64,000 nucleotides of DNA, from IMG/VR virus record IMGVR_UViG_3300044655_001360. One strand, written 5' to 3'. Position 1 is the stretch's first letter. Each line of letters starts with the position of its first letter. Positions 26,997 through 37,345 of this stretch are shown here, one piece after another. Position numbers and translations under genes: made by a program. Source of the stretch: a virus. The notes below the pieces were generated by a model that worked only from the letters and a program-made list of their open reading frames with translations, ran no database searches and was not told where the DNA came from.

Positions 26997-28259
26997 TTAA
27001 TGTACTTTAACAAGTATCTGATTGGGATTTATCCTACCATTTGCCTTTATTTCAACGGTAGTAAGACTATCAAAGAACTTGTTAATCGCTGTCTTACTAC
27101 CGGCCTTGAATATTGCCAGTTGTTCTGCTGGTTTCCTGATTGTTTTACCAATCGATTTATTTGGGTCGTAACCTATTATAGTAGTACCTTTGACACCTAA
27201 TGGTCCGTCTATCTCGTCGGCTAGATACCTGAATAACTTCTTAGTTTTACTATCGTAACACCATAGTATAGCAGCACCAATGATAGTTACTGGATTAATA
27301 GATACTAACTTAGAATTAGAATCTGTTTTTAAGTAGTTGAGTTTTTCAACTAGTTTCTCTTTAGAAACTGCCTTTTTAACACGTGGTACTCTATTAGCTT
27401 TATCTTCTTGAATAATCATATCACATGCGCTCATGATATCTTTCAAGAAGTTGATAATACTCGTAATATTCTTTTTAGTACGTTGTTTATAACCTTCTTT
27501 TAGTTGGTCATAGATATCCTTTTCTTTTAGATACGGATCTTCGATGGTTTCTTCGTCCACTGTAACTGGTTCTTTATAATCAGCTGGTTTAACAGGTGCT
27601 GGACCGGCCAATTCTTCAAATTCAGTTAACATCGGTGTGTAATAATCTTTGATGATTCTTACATGGTTTGATTTAGCAGATTTACCTTTTAATAAGTTAT
27701 GAATATTGAATGCTTTTGGATTAAATGTATCTGGGTTTTCAATCCAAGACTCGATTGCATCTTCTAACTCATTGGTCATGCTTAGACTAATATCTTTTAG
27801 TCTTTCTTGAATGTTAACTGGTGCTGCAGGTTTGACCTCTTCTGATTCTTCTTGTATATCCTTGTTGCAATCGTCGATAATTTCAAGGATTCTTGTTCTT
27901 AGCCAAACAGACGTATCAGCACCGTTATTGAAATCATCACGTTGTGCTGGCATCCCTTTTAATAAGCAACTGGCTATACCGCCAATTGATGTATTAGAAC
28001 GCCAATCAGCACCTTTTTTGTAGATATCTATTTGATCAGTAGTGAATCCGTTTAATCCCATCCATTTGATAACTGCTGGTTTTAAATCCTTGGCAGATTT
28101 CTCGATGTTATAATACTTCATAGCCCAGTGGAAGTTTAAACTGAATGTTCTAGTATCCCATTCGTCACATCCATCCCATTTTGGTGATAGATCTTTACCT
28201 TTAGCTGCTCTAGCTTCTGTTAGATGTTCATTTTGTGTTTTTCTTTTAACTGTAGACAT
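26997..28259 (-). CDS. Large conserved hypothetical protein of T4-like phages
   Basis: Long ORF; C-terminal SINP..IIGA..LW.Y...VKGTTI......KT.RKP...GRIN. Confidence 0.7.
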   Translation of the reverse strand: MSTVKRKTQNEHLTEARAAKGKDLSPKWDGCDEWDTRTFSLNFHWAMKYYNIEKSAKDLKPAVIKWMGLNGFTTDQIDIYKKGADWRSNTSIGGIASCLLKGMPAQRDDFNNGADTSVWLRTRILEIIDDCNKDIQEESEEVKPAAPVNIQERLKDISLSMTNELEDAIESWIENPDTFNPKAFNIHNLLKGKSAKSNHVRIIKDYYTPMLTEFEELAGPAPVKPADYKEPVTVDEETIEDPYLKEKDIYDQLKEGYKQRTKKNITSIINFLKDIMSACDMIIQEDKANRVPRVKKAVSKEKLVEKLNYLKTDSNSKLVSINPVTIIGAAILWCYDSKTKKLFRYLADEIDGPLGVKGTTIIGYDPNKSIGKTIRKPAEQLAIFKAGSKTAINKFFDSLTTVEIKANGRINPNQILVKVH

Positions 28260-28302
28260 GTGTATCGCCTAAAAGATAATTGGTTAAGGTTGACATATAC
28301 TA

Positions 28303-28641
28303 TCAAAGTTTCTTGAACTTGGTCAAGTCTTTTTTGATTACATCAACCAGTGTAGTGGCTGTTTGTTCATTAAGAATGAAGTGATGTTCCGATTTATAAT
28401 AACCAGTAGTAAGTAATTGCCAGATCAGTTTAAATCTATTGAAACCGTTTTCCCAAAATGGTGCAGTAGTTTGCACGTGGAAACTAATGGTTATATCTTT
28501 AAACTCGGTATCTGGGTTTACTTCTAGCCACATATCAACCGAGTGGTCATTATCGTGACAATCACATGATAATTTATAAGCAGTAGCATCTTTCCACTCA
28601 CCTGTTTTAGAAATGTTCAATGCTGGTGTTTGTGGTTTCAT
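28303..28641 (-). CDS. Hypothetical protein
   Basis: ORF in overlapping operon. Confidence 0.6.
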   Translation of the reverse strand: MKPQTPALNISKTGEWKDATAYKLSCDCHDNDHSVDMWLEVNPDTEFKDITISFHVQTTAPFWENGFNRFKLIWQLLTTGYYKSEHHFILNEQTATTLVDVIKKDLTKFKKL

Positions 28642-28892
28642 GCTGGTTCTCCTTTACGTAGTTGTTTACCAAGGTATTTCTTTTCTTCTAGCATCATTTC
28701 ATAATCAATATCATCATCGAATATATCATTATAGATAATCAAACTGCATAGAGACATTGCATTTGCTACTAAACTTGGATCGTATCCTCGTTTGAACACC
28801 ATATTATCCATAAACTTCTTCACTCGGTTGAATACTTCTAGGCTTTCTAATTTGTAGTCATCAATGAAACTTTCTAATTCAGCATCAGTCAT
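28638..28892 (-). CDS. Hypothetical protein
   Basis: ORF in overlapping operon. Confidence 0.55.
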   Translation of the reverse strand: MTDAELESFIDDYKLESLEVFNRVKKFMDNMVFKRGYDPSLVANAMSLCSLIIYNDIFDDDIDYEMMLEEKKYLGKQLRKGEPA

Positions 28893-29074
28893 TGTTCTAA
28901 ATCCTCAATAGTTAATGTTATTGGTCTAGTACTGCAATAGTTACAATCTTTGTCATCGCATGGTTCTTCAGACCATTCTTTACAATCTTCACAGTAGTAA
29001 GAATCGTATTTTTCAAAATATAGCCTAGTTTTGTTACAAACTGGGCAGTCAAATGTGTGCTTATTTAAGTCCAT
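28889..29074 (-). CDS. Small Cys-rich (zinc-ribbon-like) protein
   Basis: CPVC, CEDC, C....C..C. Confidence 0.6.
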   Translation of the reverse strand: MDLNKHTFDCPVCNKTRLYFEKYDSYYCEDCKEWSEEPCDDKDCNYCSTRPITLTIEDLEQ

Positions 29075-29904
29075 AGTCCATCTCTTACTTTAATTAATCG
29101 AATCATCATCACAGTATCTTCGGATTCGTATAGCTGTTCAATTCGAGTACTTTCATCCAGTACTGCTTTTAGTTCTTGGCGTTCTTCTTCGGTTTTTTCA
29201 TCGCAATCCCAGTTCATCTTGCCACCGTTAGCTTCTGCTCTTGCTTCATGATATGCAGCAAAGCCTGATTCATCATATGGGTCTGGTCTAGTTGGGTAAA
29301 CTTCAGTCCACCAAAGGTAAAGCTCTTTAATTTCACGTGCATTTAACGCTTGTGTGGTTAGTTCACCATAATTTGCATGGTCTTCATTAACACCCCAATG
29401 ATTATCATATGTTAAGTCTGAAGCCCAGTCCAAATATTCCATACCCAATTCACGACTACGCCATGTACGGGTTTTGAATGGTCCTCTAGCCCAGAATGGT
29501 GCTTTTTGTTTTTTGAATTCTTCCTTATCCATCCACATCAACTTACTACCAGCTAATTCAACTTCAACAAAGTCAACCAGTTCGTTGAATAAACAAGGTA
29601 AGAATCTACCACCTACATCACACCATTCACCTGGTTTGAGATCTTTCTTACTAGCTGTTAATTGATGAGTTTTAGTAACCCAGCGGTTGATACAATAATA
29701 CTTGATGTCGTATAGCGTGTCAATTGGCCACCAAATAAAGTCTTGAACCGCATCGAATGCCGTTTCAACTACCCAGTAACGAATAGGATGGGTTTGTTTT
29801 GCATGTATTTCCCAATAATCCCATTCAGTACCAGTACCCCATTCTGGTTTTGCGGTACCTCGGATTTTATCCGCAAAATTGCTGCAACTCCAATAATCTC
29901 TCAT
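29065..29904 (-). CDS. Hypothetical phage protein
   Basis: Long ORF; EIKELYLWW...RP and MIRLIKVR..LWT C-terminal pattern. Confidence 0.7.
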   Translation of the reverse strand: MRDYWSCSNFADKIRGTAKPEWGTGTEWDYWEIHAKQTHPIRYWVVETAFDAVQDFIWWPIDTLYDIKYYCINRWVTKTHQLTASKKDLKPGEWCDVGGRFLPCLFNELVDFVEVELAGSKLMWMDKEEFKKQKAPFWARGPFKTRTWRSRELGMEYLDWASDLTYDNHWGVNEDHANYGELTTQALNAREIKELYLWWTEVYPTRPDPYDESGFAAYHEARAEANGGKMNWDCDEKTEEERQELKAVLDESTRIEQLYESEDTVMMIRLIKVRDGLWT

Positions 29905-30101
29905 CTTAATTCCTGTTTTGCATTATCATTGGCTGACCAAAGCAACAAAATAACCCAACCAATAACAGACCAGCCAAATACTAGATTTAGAATAGCAATG
30001 GTTGTAGTTTGATTGTGATTTCTTGCTATGGCAATAAAGGTTGGCATCATATATGTTGCTAATAATATCATTGCATGTGTTGATATAATTAAGTCTATCA
30101 T
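29901..30101 (-). CDS. imm: Superinfection immunity protein (T4 Imm-like)
   Basis: Y..PT.IA..R.H......I..LNL..GWS.IGW...L.WS. Confidence 0.85.
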   Translation of the reverse strand: MIDLIISTHAMILLATYMMPTFIAIARNHNQTTTIAILNLVFGWSVIGWVILLLWSANDNAKQELR

Positions 30102-30153
30102 TCTATTTTCCTCGAGACAATAGTATATAGCGCGATTTCAGAAAAATCAAGAA

Positions 30154-30435
30154 CTATTCGACTAATTTAAGAATAACTTGGTAATTTTCGTAAGCAGAGG
30201 CCAATGCAGGAAACAAATCCCGCATCTCGGCCTCGTACTCTGATTGCGCTAATCTGTAGCGAATTTGGTTTGCATCTGATATGTGGTCTGCTAGCATTTC
30301 AAGCGAATCTTTATCCATTGTTAAAACTACACGATCAAAGTCATGTGGTGGTACGAATGGGATATATTCACCATCATACTGGATAGTAACGCCGCAGTTG
30401 ACCAATAATCGGTGCAAACCAAACAAGTCAGACAT
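30154..30435 (-). CDS. Hypothetical protein
   Basis: ORF coupled to the thyX stop; P.L..AYENY...LKL end. Confidence 0.6.
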   Translation of the reverse strand: MSDLFGLHRLLVNCGVTIQYDGEYIPFVPPHDFDRVVLTMDKDSLEMLADHISDANQIRYRLAQSEYEAEMRDLFPALASAYENYQVILKLVE

Positions 30436-31094
30436 TAGATAGTATCAGCCATTGGGAAAATAGCAGCAATTGCGTTAGCGCACGCCAATGCAACAACTCT
30501 ATGTTCTAGTTGGGTGCTTTCATCAGCACGAACATCGATATAATGAATCCAACTACGAATACTACCAGACATGTAAAGTTTACTTACAGTATTACCTTCA
30601 GGTAAGATAACTCTAGCACACTCTTTAGCAATACCACGATTAATTGCTTCGACATAATGCTTTTTAACTAATGCAATTACTTCTTGTTGTGCAGTTTCCC
30701 ACCATTCGTGTAGTTCGTTATCATCAACTACAATGCTATTTTGTCTATTTTTGTCATCTTGGAGTCTTGCTTCTCTTAACACAAATGACAATTCCTTGGT
30801 AGGATCAGCGTATCTTTGAGAAAACTCTTGGAATCTAAAAGATGCGTGACGTAACATTTGACGAGCAATATCACGAGTTGTTTCAATCTCAACACACGCA
30901 TGAACCATTTCAAGTGGACTAAAATGCTTATGTTTAAGCAAATACTTGATGAGTTTTTCAGAAGTTTCAGTATTAAACTGGTTGCTAGGATTACTTACTC
31001 TAGCACAAAACGCAATTAACTCTTGTACATCTGCAATACCTTGGTCTGCAAACTCAGCGGTTGGTGTTGAATGTGATACTAATTTTACTTGCAT
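30435..31094 (-). CDS. thyX: Flavin-dependent thymidylate synthase
   Basis: ARVS, HFSPLE, RQMLRH.SF.FQEFSQRY, KECARVILP; start reset to MQVKL. Confidence 0.95.
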   Translation of the reverse strand: MQVKLVSHSTPTAEFADQGIADVQELIAFCARVSNPSNQFNTETSEKLIKYLLKHKHFSPLEMVHACVEIETTRDIARQMLRHASFRFQEFSQRYADPTKELSFVLREARLQDDKNRQNSIVVDDNELHEWWETAQQEVIALVKKHYVEAINRGIAKECARVILPEGNTVSKLYMSGSIRSWIHYIDVRADESTQLEHRVVALACANAIAAIFPMADTI

Positions 31095-31223
31095 ACTATA
31101 CCTTTTTGGATTCAAATTGTTTACGGAGTTCAGCTTCAGCCGCAGCGAACATTGCTTTAATTCTACTCATGTTCGTGAACGGTTGCTGAGGTTTGGTTGA
31201 ATTATCTTTTGGTTTGTCGGTTT

Positions 31224-31565
31224 TCATGGCTGATCCTTACATAAGGTTTCAAGTAATTTGTAATTATCATACGCTTGCTTTAATGCCGAATACTTTTCAA
31301 GTTTTTGTAAGTCTGGCGATAATATCGCAAGCCGTTCTTCAATGGCGGCTAATCTACTACTGATTGGTTCTAGCGTAGTATCTCGCATAATACCATTAGT
31401 TGCCGAACCAATCAAAGAACCACCGGATCTTATCGATTGATTGGCTAATCCAGTAATCGCAGGTCCCGATAATGCACTATTGGGCAGGGAACATGTACCT
31501 GATATCGTGCTATTGTAGGGTAATGTAGTTGAATTATCTTTTAGATTTGACATAGGTCTCACCAA
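31224..31565 (-). CDS. Hypothetical protein
   Basis: IEERLAIL.P...LEKY.ALK.AYD.YK..E C-terminus. Confidence 0.6.
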   Translation of the reverse strand: MVRPMSNLKDNSTTLPYNSTISGTCSLPNSALSGPAITGLANQSIRSGGSLIGSATNGIMRDTTLEPISSRLAAIEERLAILSPDLQKLEKYSALKQAYDNYKLLETLCKDQP

Positions 31566-31658
31566 TTAGTTAAAATCAAAGTATATAACAAATTTCAAAG
31601 AGTAGCAACTGCTATTTAGTACGAGTGGGTGCGAATGCACACACTCGTGATTGAAAAC

Positions 31659-32348
31659 TTACGGAGCGAGGGTTAATACCGCTGAACGAACGATACCATC
31701 AGTACCTTTTAATTTTACAGTAACTGATGTATTCGAGGTTGCTTGGAATGTTAATTCACCATTATTCGCTGGTGTTACTGAAGAACCTGGTTTGATGGTT
31801 AAGTTTCCATTTGTTGAAATATCAGCACCTGAAATGGTTAAGTTACCACCAAGCGTCCACGTCTGTGCAGTCGATGAAAAAATATCACCAGCAGACATAT
31901 ACAATGCGTAGTTTGTAGAACCATTTGATGCGTTTCCATACAAACCGATGTTTGCACCACCAGCGTGGACATCGGTGGAATAACCACGAATACCAATAGA
32001 TGAACCAGCGTCACCAGTTGCCGAAACATGGCCCTCACCAACCACACCACCGCATCTAGTACCGCCAGCGGTGTATCCAACACCATACAACCCAATACCA
32101 TAGACGTTTGGATCAGCTGAATTGGCAACACCTTCAGCAATAAATCCAATATTGTGTGTTTCGTTATGCTGGATACTAGCAGATACCGTAGATAATGATG
32201 CTAGTGCATTTGGGAATCTATACTTGCTTTCATCTTGGTTGATTGTGGTTGATACTGAGATAAAATCCTTAACATTTCGATACGCCATCGAACCTAGATC
32301 AGCATTTGTTGGAACTTGATTTGGTAATGAACCAATTAAACTTGTCAT
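31659..32348 (-). CDS. Tail-fibre-associated protein
   Basis: PNQVPTNADLG.MAY N-terminus, Gly-rich beta repeats, TPANNGELTF...KGTDG.VRS..L.L end. Confidence 0.7.
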   Translation of the reverse strand: MTSLIGSLPNQVPTNADLGSMAYRNVKDFISVSTTINQDESKYRFPNALASLSTVSASIQHNETHNIGFIAEGVANSADPNVYGIGLYGVGYTAGGTRCGGVVGEGHVSATGDAGSSIGIRGYSTDVHAGGANIGLYGNASNGSTNYALYMSAGDIFSSTAQTWTLGGNLTISGADISTNGNLTIKPGSSVTPANNGELTFQATSNTSVTVKLKGTDGIVRSAVLTLAP

Positions 32349-32366
32349 ATTATATTCTCCTTACTG

Positions 32367-35021
32367 TTACGCTGCTGTAATTGCTTCATTGTTAGCATTG
32401 CTAACGCGTTTTGCAAAATAGGCAAGTTTTGAAATATGCCCGTTCAAGTATGTATTAGTCCCTTGCCAACTACCAATACTCATTGCAGTTTCGGTTGGTA
32501 CTGCGGCAGATGTGTCTGTAGAAGACGTTGCACCGTCAGCAGTGTAAGAAAAATCATTAAGTTTATATGAGATTGCAATCGCACTAGTACCGGTAGTAAA
32601 TGCATTACCAGCCAAATCAACATCGATTGCTGAATTTTTAACATAGTATCTACTTGCGGCATTAACGCGTGTTATTCTTTGATAGTTGTTGGAAGTACCA
32701 TCATTCAAAGCCACGATAGTTTGCTCAGTACCAGACGATGCTGAATACAGTGAATCAACTTTAGCGAGTATTGTACCCTCAATTTGATTATACCAACCAG
32801 TGAAATTAGTTCCAGTGATTACGGCATTATCTGCATCACGGGTTGCTGTTGTTGTAGTCGATTTAATATAAGAGGTAGCAAACGAACCTGCTTCAAGTTG
32901 AGCACCCCAAATTTGGATTGCATTTCCACTTGTTACGATTCTAAAACCAACTATTTGATTTTCTGTGGTTGCTGGGAATGTATATCTAACCCAGTCGGAT
33001 GTAATAGCTTGTGTAATCCAAGTAGCACCGTTGTCTGTTGTATATTGAATATTTCCAGCACCAGTTACGCGTTTTAAGAATACAGACATTGTTCTAGCAG
33101 CAGACGTTCCAACTGCTGCTGATGATACGATAGTACTATTCGCTGACATTGCAGTTAATTGTAATGCAGTTGCAGTACCATCAGGTGCGGTGTTGGTAGT
33201 ACTTGTTCTATTAACGTTAGTATCAACCCAGTTATTTTGTGTACCACCGGTAGTAAGGAAGGACTCACTAAAATTCAACAAATTACTACGCTGTTCTTCG
33301 ATTAATAAACCAAGTGGATATCCAGTAATTGGATCATAGTCGAATCGTGCAATACCGGCAGCTGCAGTTTTTAACATACCATTAGCATCATAATATGTTG
33401 CCGTGGTTGCACGGGTGAAAGTGATACGAGAATCCAGAGAATTTGCATTAGCAAAGTCTAGTAACAATGCAGGTCTACCAATGATAGCAGCACTCGCTTG
33501 AGCCATCGTGATGGTTCCAGTGAATGTTGAAATATTTGGGGTTGCCCACGCAGCGGCTGTTCCAGAAGATGCAACCAATACTTGGTTTGCGGTTGGTGCT
33601 ACTGACGCAGACACAACGACTGAACCGGATGCAGTTTTCAATGCGCCTGCATATCCATCGGTGTTTAGACCAGCAACTGTTAATGCACCGGTTGGTCTAT
33701 TTAATGCAACTGATGTGGTTCCGATAAAGACCGAACTATTACCTAATACAGTAGATGGAATTGTACCAGTTAATTTTGCTGAATCAACAGTTGAATCAGT
33801 TGATAATACTGTACCGGATACTGGTAACGTCAGCGCAGTTGCGGCTGTTGAAGTAAGCGATGTAGTAAAACCACCAATTGTTGCTAATGTCGAGCTATCT
33901 GCTAACGTTAAAGTTGCACCGGTTGTCGGAGTTGTGATTGTAATTTTGTTTAGTTTGGTCGCGGTTGCTGTACCAAGATCAGGCGTTGTTAACGTCGGAC
34001 TATCACTGAATACCGCAAATCCAGTACCAGTGGCATCTGATATTAAATTTTTCAATTCTGTTGAATTTGTGAAATTAACACCACTGAAAGATTGCCATCC
34101 ACTTGCAGTATACTGCTGTGCTACTGAATTACCAAAACCATCATCTTGCAACATTACGAGCATACCAATGAATCGGTTACCAGGTAAAATGCTCGCATCA
34201 CGGTCTGCTTCGTCAGCATACACCATTGTACCTAATCCAATATTTGCAGTTGAAGCATTACCAGTCAAGTTACCGGTGAATGAAGGCGCTGTCAAATTAC
34301 CAGAACTATCAAATGTCAGTGTATTCGTGCTAAGTCCATTTGCTGAGGTTGTTGTAACAACAAATCTACCTGGAATTTTGTTATTAGTTACACCAGCATC
34401 CGCAACAGCTCCAATTTCAACCGAGGTACCATAGGTTGCGCCTGTGATAAAACTATTAAATGCTAAACCACCTAAAGCATTACCAGCGGTAATTGCGGTT
34501 GGTGAAGACACTGTACCATTTGATGAATTGAATTCGATCTTTGGATTTGCATTTGCCGTGGTTGTATATAATGATACAAATGGGGATGCTGCGTTATAGA
34601 TTAAACCAGTCCCAGTTGGTGAAGACGCAGTACCTAGTTGTAACGAAGTAGAAAAATCATGCGATGATACGATCGTATCGGTAGTTACATATCCAGTAGT
34701 ACCATCAATGATTTTTGTTAAACCATCTGTGGTAAACACCGAACCGTTAAGAACGCCTTGATGTGTACCAACTAATTTACTGTTAACGCCATCTACTAGT
34801 AAGGTATTATTGTCTGAATAAACAGACCCTTTAAGGTTGCCTAATATCAAACCACTGCCAGAGGCATAACTGGTGATTGGTGATAACAAGTTTGCTGACG
34901 TGGTACCATCACCCACGTATAATTGGTGGGTGTCTGAAACCCACAATGGTTCACCATTCGCTAATGGCGTAGACAATGACTGTCTTTCTAGTTCAGTGCC
35001 TCTGCGTATTTGTAAGGGCAT
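32367..35021 (-). CDS. Tail fibre/receptor-binding protein
   Basis: MPLQIRRGT...GE......LYVGDG anchor; ITFTRAT.ATY...GLLIEEQR.NL...WGAQLE.G.FATSYI distal domain. Confidence 0.85.
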   Translation of the reverse strand: MPLQIRRGTELERQSLSTPLANGEPLWVSDTHQLYVGDGTTSANLLSPITSYASGSGLILGNLKGSVYSDNNTLLVDGVNSKLVGTHQGVLNGSVFTTDGLTKIIDGTTGYVTTDTIVSSHDFSTSLQLGTASSPTGTGLIYNAASPFVSLYTTTANANPKIEFNSSNGTVSSPTAITAGNALGGLAFNSFITGATYGTSVEIGAVADAGVTNNKIPGRFVVTTTSANGLSTNTLTFDSSGNLTAPSFTGNLTGNASTANIGLGTMVYADEADRDASILPGNRFIGMLVMLQDDGFGNSVAQQYTASGWQSFSGVNFTNSTELKNLISDATGTGFAVFSDSPTLTTPDLGTATATKLNKITITTPTTGATLTLADSSTLATIGGFTTSLTSTAATALTLPVSGTVLSTDSTVDSAKLTGTIPSTVLGNSSVFIGTTSVALNRPTGALTVAGLNTDGYAGALKTASGSVVVSASVAPTANQVLVASSGTAAAWATPNISTFTGTITMAQASAAIIGRPALLLDFANANSLDSRITFTRATTATYYDANGMLKTAAAGIARFDYDPITGYPLGLLIEEQRSNLLNFSESFLTTGGTQNNWVDTNVNRTSTTNTAPDGTATALQLTAMSANSTIVSSAAVGTSAARTMSVFLKRVTGAGNIQYTTDNGATWITQAITSDWVRYTFPATTENQIVGFRIVTSGNAIQIWGAQLEAGSFATSYIKSTTTTATRDADNAVITGTNFTGWYNQIEGTILAKVDSLYSASSGTEQTIVALNDGTSNNYQRITRVNAASRYYVKNSAIDVDLAGNAFTTGTSAIAISYKLNDFSYTADGATSSTDTSAAVPTETAMSIGSWQGTNTYLNGHISKLAYFAKRVSNANNEAITAA

Positions 35022-35057
35022 ATCGGTTAAACTCCTAATTAGTAATATTATGAGTAT

Positions 35058-35603
35058 TTAGCCCAATATGCGCTCCTTTAACTGCGAAATCGCGTCTTGT
35101 AACAAAATAGGTGCGAAATCATGTTGCTCTACGCAGGCATTAAAGTACCGTAAATCAGGTATGCCGTTATTTAATACCAAGTCATTATGTAAATGTCCAT
35201 GTATTTGTCCTTTCCATCTTGCTAACGATTGCGGATGCACTGGTATATGACTTAACAGGATATCCTCAAAGACCATGTAAGCACGGATGTCACGAAAATA
35301 CGGAGTATACTCTTCTAATCTAAACAAATCATGATTTCCTTTGATTAAAACTAAGTCTTTGCAGTTCAACCGTGATAGTGTTGGTAATGCACGTCGATTG
35401 ATAGCAACATCACCTAATATATAGCATTTGTCAGTTGGCTTAACCCGTTCATTAAACCGTTTAATCAACTCCTCGTCCATTTCCTCATAGGAATCCCATG
35501 GTCTAACCTTAGATCCATCATCTTTTAGGAATTTACAAATTCCAACATGGCCGAAATGTAAATCCGAAGTTACCCAGATATCATGTATACCAGATTTCAT
35601 CAA
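35058..35603 (-). CDS. Calcineurin-like metallophosphoesterase
   Basis: SDLHFGH, LGD, GNHD, SH.P, HGH.H. Confidence 0.9.
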   Translation of the reverse strand: MMKSGIHDIWVTSDLHFGHVGICKFLKDDGSKVRPWDSYEEMDEELIKRFNERVKPTDKCYILGDVAINRRALPTLSRLNCKDLVLIKGNHDLFRLEEYTPYFRDIRAYMVFEDILLSHIPVHPQSLARWKGQIHGHLHNDLVLNNGIPDLRYFNACVEQHDFAPILLQDAISQLKERILG

Positions 35604-36048
35604 AGCCCTCCTCTTTAGTTGGCATCACAAATTGTGATTTCATTTTTTGAATAACTTCCCATGGAATGTTCTTTCCCGGTCTGCTCAATAATCTTTTAGC
35701 TAATGTTTTATCGTCTGGTGTATTGAATACAACAGCAATCATATGATAATCAGATAACATTTTAAACTTACGCCTTCTTGATTTCACAGTAGTACTGGTT
35801 TGATCCCAAACAATATCCATACCATCTTTAACCGCATCTAATACATCAGCTGCCATAAGATTAACCGCAGTTGGCATATAATCATCAAAGACTTCGCTGT
35901 AAGTTTTGTCAACTAGTTTAGCATACTCTTCAACGTGATGGTCAGTGCTGATATAAGCACATTCTTCAATCCACTCCTGTTTTTCTGCCCAAGTTGATTT
36001 ACCAGATGCTGGTATTCCAACTAATATATAGGCAATTGGTTTAATCAT
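35581..36048 (-). CDS. P-loop kinase (polynucleotide-kinase/AAA_33-like)
   Basis: GIPASGKST, ISTD, WDQT......R. Confidence 0.85.
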   Translation of the reverse strand: MIKPIAYILVGIPASGKSTWAEKQEWIEECAYISTDHHVEEYAKLVDKTYSEVFDDYMPTAVNLMAADVLDAVKDGMDIVWDQTSTTVKSRRRKFKMLSDYHMIAVVFNTPDDKTLAKRLLSRPGKNIPWEVIQKMKSQFVMPTKEEGFDEIWYT

Positions 36049-36563
36049 TCTGGCTCCTTTGTGAGTAAATATCTGGTGGTTAAGACGTGGAACTTTTCCG
36101 ATTTGATGTGAAAATACTGGTTGTAGTTCTTATGGCTTCCACCGCCACTGGATGTTTCAAATGGTCCATCATCAAAACGGAAATAGTTGCTGATAAATGA
36201 CGGTGTATCTGCGGATAACTGCAACTTAGCTTGACATTTCCATATTCCATCCACATAATGCGACTGTATTACAGTGAACTGTACTAACTTTGGCAACGTA
36301 TAGCGGCGATCAATATAGTATGCCTGATGACGATAGTTTTCTTCAAATACATCCCAGTTGTCAGTAACCCACTGTTCAAATTCTTGGATTGTGCTAACTG
36401 CATTGTACATTTCCTGCCATTTACTTTTCAACCATAAAGCCTTTTCACGCCATAGACGTTCCTTTTTCAATTGGCGACTAATCTTTGCACGATGGGTTCG
36501 ATAATCTTTTAGATGTTCAAAGACTTGACCGGTATCTTCGCATTTGTACGCTGTTATTTTCAT
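36045..36563 (-). CDS. Hypothetical protein
   Basis: AGGAG RBS, long ORF. Confidence 0.6.
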   Translation of the reverse strand: MKITAYKCEDTGQVFEHLKDYRTHRAKISRQLKKERLWREKALWLKSKWQEMYNAVSTIQEFEQWVTDNWDVFEENYRHQAYYIDRRYTLPKLVQFTVIQSHYVDGIWKCQAKLQLSADTPSFISNYFRFDDGPFETSSGGGSHKNYNQYFHIKSEKFHVLTTRYLLTKEPE

Positions 36564-36629
36564 CGGTTCTCCTAGTTAAGTTTATGGAATGATACCATCT
36601 AAATATGCAAAAGTCAACAGAGAAATGAA

Positions 36630-36944
36630 ATGAGCACGAAATTACCAGAAGTAAGAAAAATACACAGCCGATTGAAAAGTTCAGCTAAGAAGCGGAATAT
36701 TGAGTTTGATTTGACGATAGCGGATTTGTATCAGATTGACTTTCCAATTACCTGTCCGATATTAGGAATGCCATTAGTTTGGAATCGTGGTGAGCCTAAA
36801 GATAATTCAGTATCATTTGACCGAATTGATTCATCTGTTGGCTACACCTACGATAATCTTCAAGTTATAAGCGTTAAAGCTAACCGAGCTAAGAACAATC
36901 TAACTTTAGAAGAGTTGAAAAAGTTTGCTTTGTACTATTCTTAA
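36630..36944 (+). CDS. HNH-type endonuclease-like protein
   Basis: AKKR.IEF.L...CP.LG...S.DRIDS..GY..DN..VIS..AN..K. Confidence 0.75.
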   Translation: MSTKLPEVRKIHSRLKSSAKKRNIEFDLTIADLYQIDFPITCPILGMPLVWNRGEPKDNSVSFDRIDSSVGYTYDNLQVISVKANRAKNNLTLEELKKFALYYS

Positions 36945-37216
36945 GCAGTACGTTTGATTAAGTGCCAGCCAAATTGAGTTTGGACTGCTTCACTTAACTG
37001 ACCTACCTCTAATGCGAATGCGGCATCTTGAAATTCAGGAACCATCTGTCCTTTACCAAATGGACCTAAGTCACCACCTGCTGATTTACCACTTGGGCAT
37101 GAACTGTAATTTGCTGCTAGTTCTGCAAAGTCTCCATTATCTTTTAGTTTAGCTAAAACTTCATTGGCTGCGATTAAAGATGGAACTAAGATGTGACTTG
37201 CTTGGATTTGTTGCAT
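36941..37216 (-). CDS. ppiC: Parvulin-type peptidyl-prolyl isomerase
   Basis: ASHILV, F.ELA..YS.CPS...GGDLG.F..GQMV.EF..AAF...V.TQFGWHLI. Confidence 0.93.
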   Translation of the reverse strand: MQQIQASHILVPSLIAANEVLAKLKDNGDFAELAANYSSCPSGKSAGGDLGPFGKGQMVPEFQDAAFALEVGQLSEAVQTQFGWHLIKRTA

Positions 37217-37250
37217 TTGAATTTACCTTATATAAGGTTGAAAGAGAGTA

Positions 37251-37321
37251 TGGTGCAGACCCGATGATTCGAACATCGCTAGTGGGTTCTTTAAGTCCAC
37301 CATCCCCTTACGTAGGTCCAC
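37251..37321 (-). tRNA. Atypical tRNA/tRNA-like RNA (possible UAA anticodon)
   Basis: Acceptor stem GTGGACC/GGTCTGC + A + CCA, T-arm CGATG-TTCGAAT-CATCG; D-arm collapsed; CTAAATA promoter at 37332-37338. Confidence 0.6.
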
Positions 37322-37345
37322 AGCATACCAGTATTTAGCCAAAAC

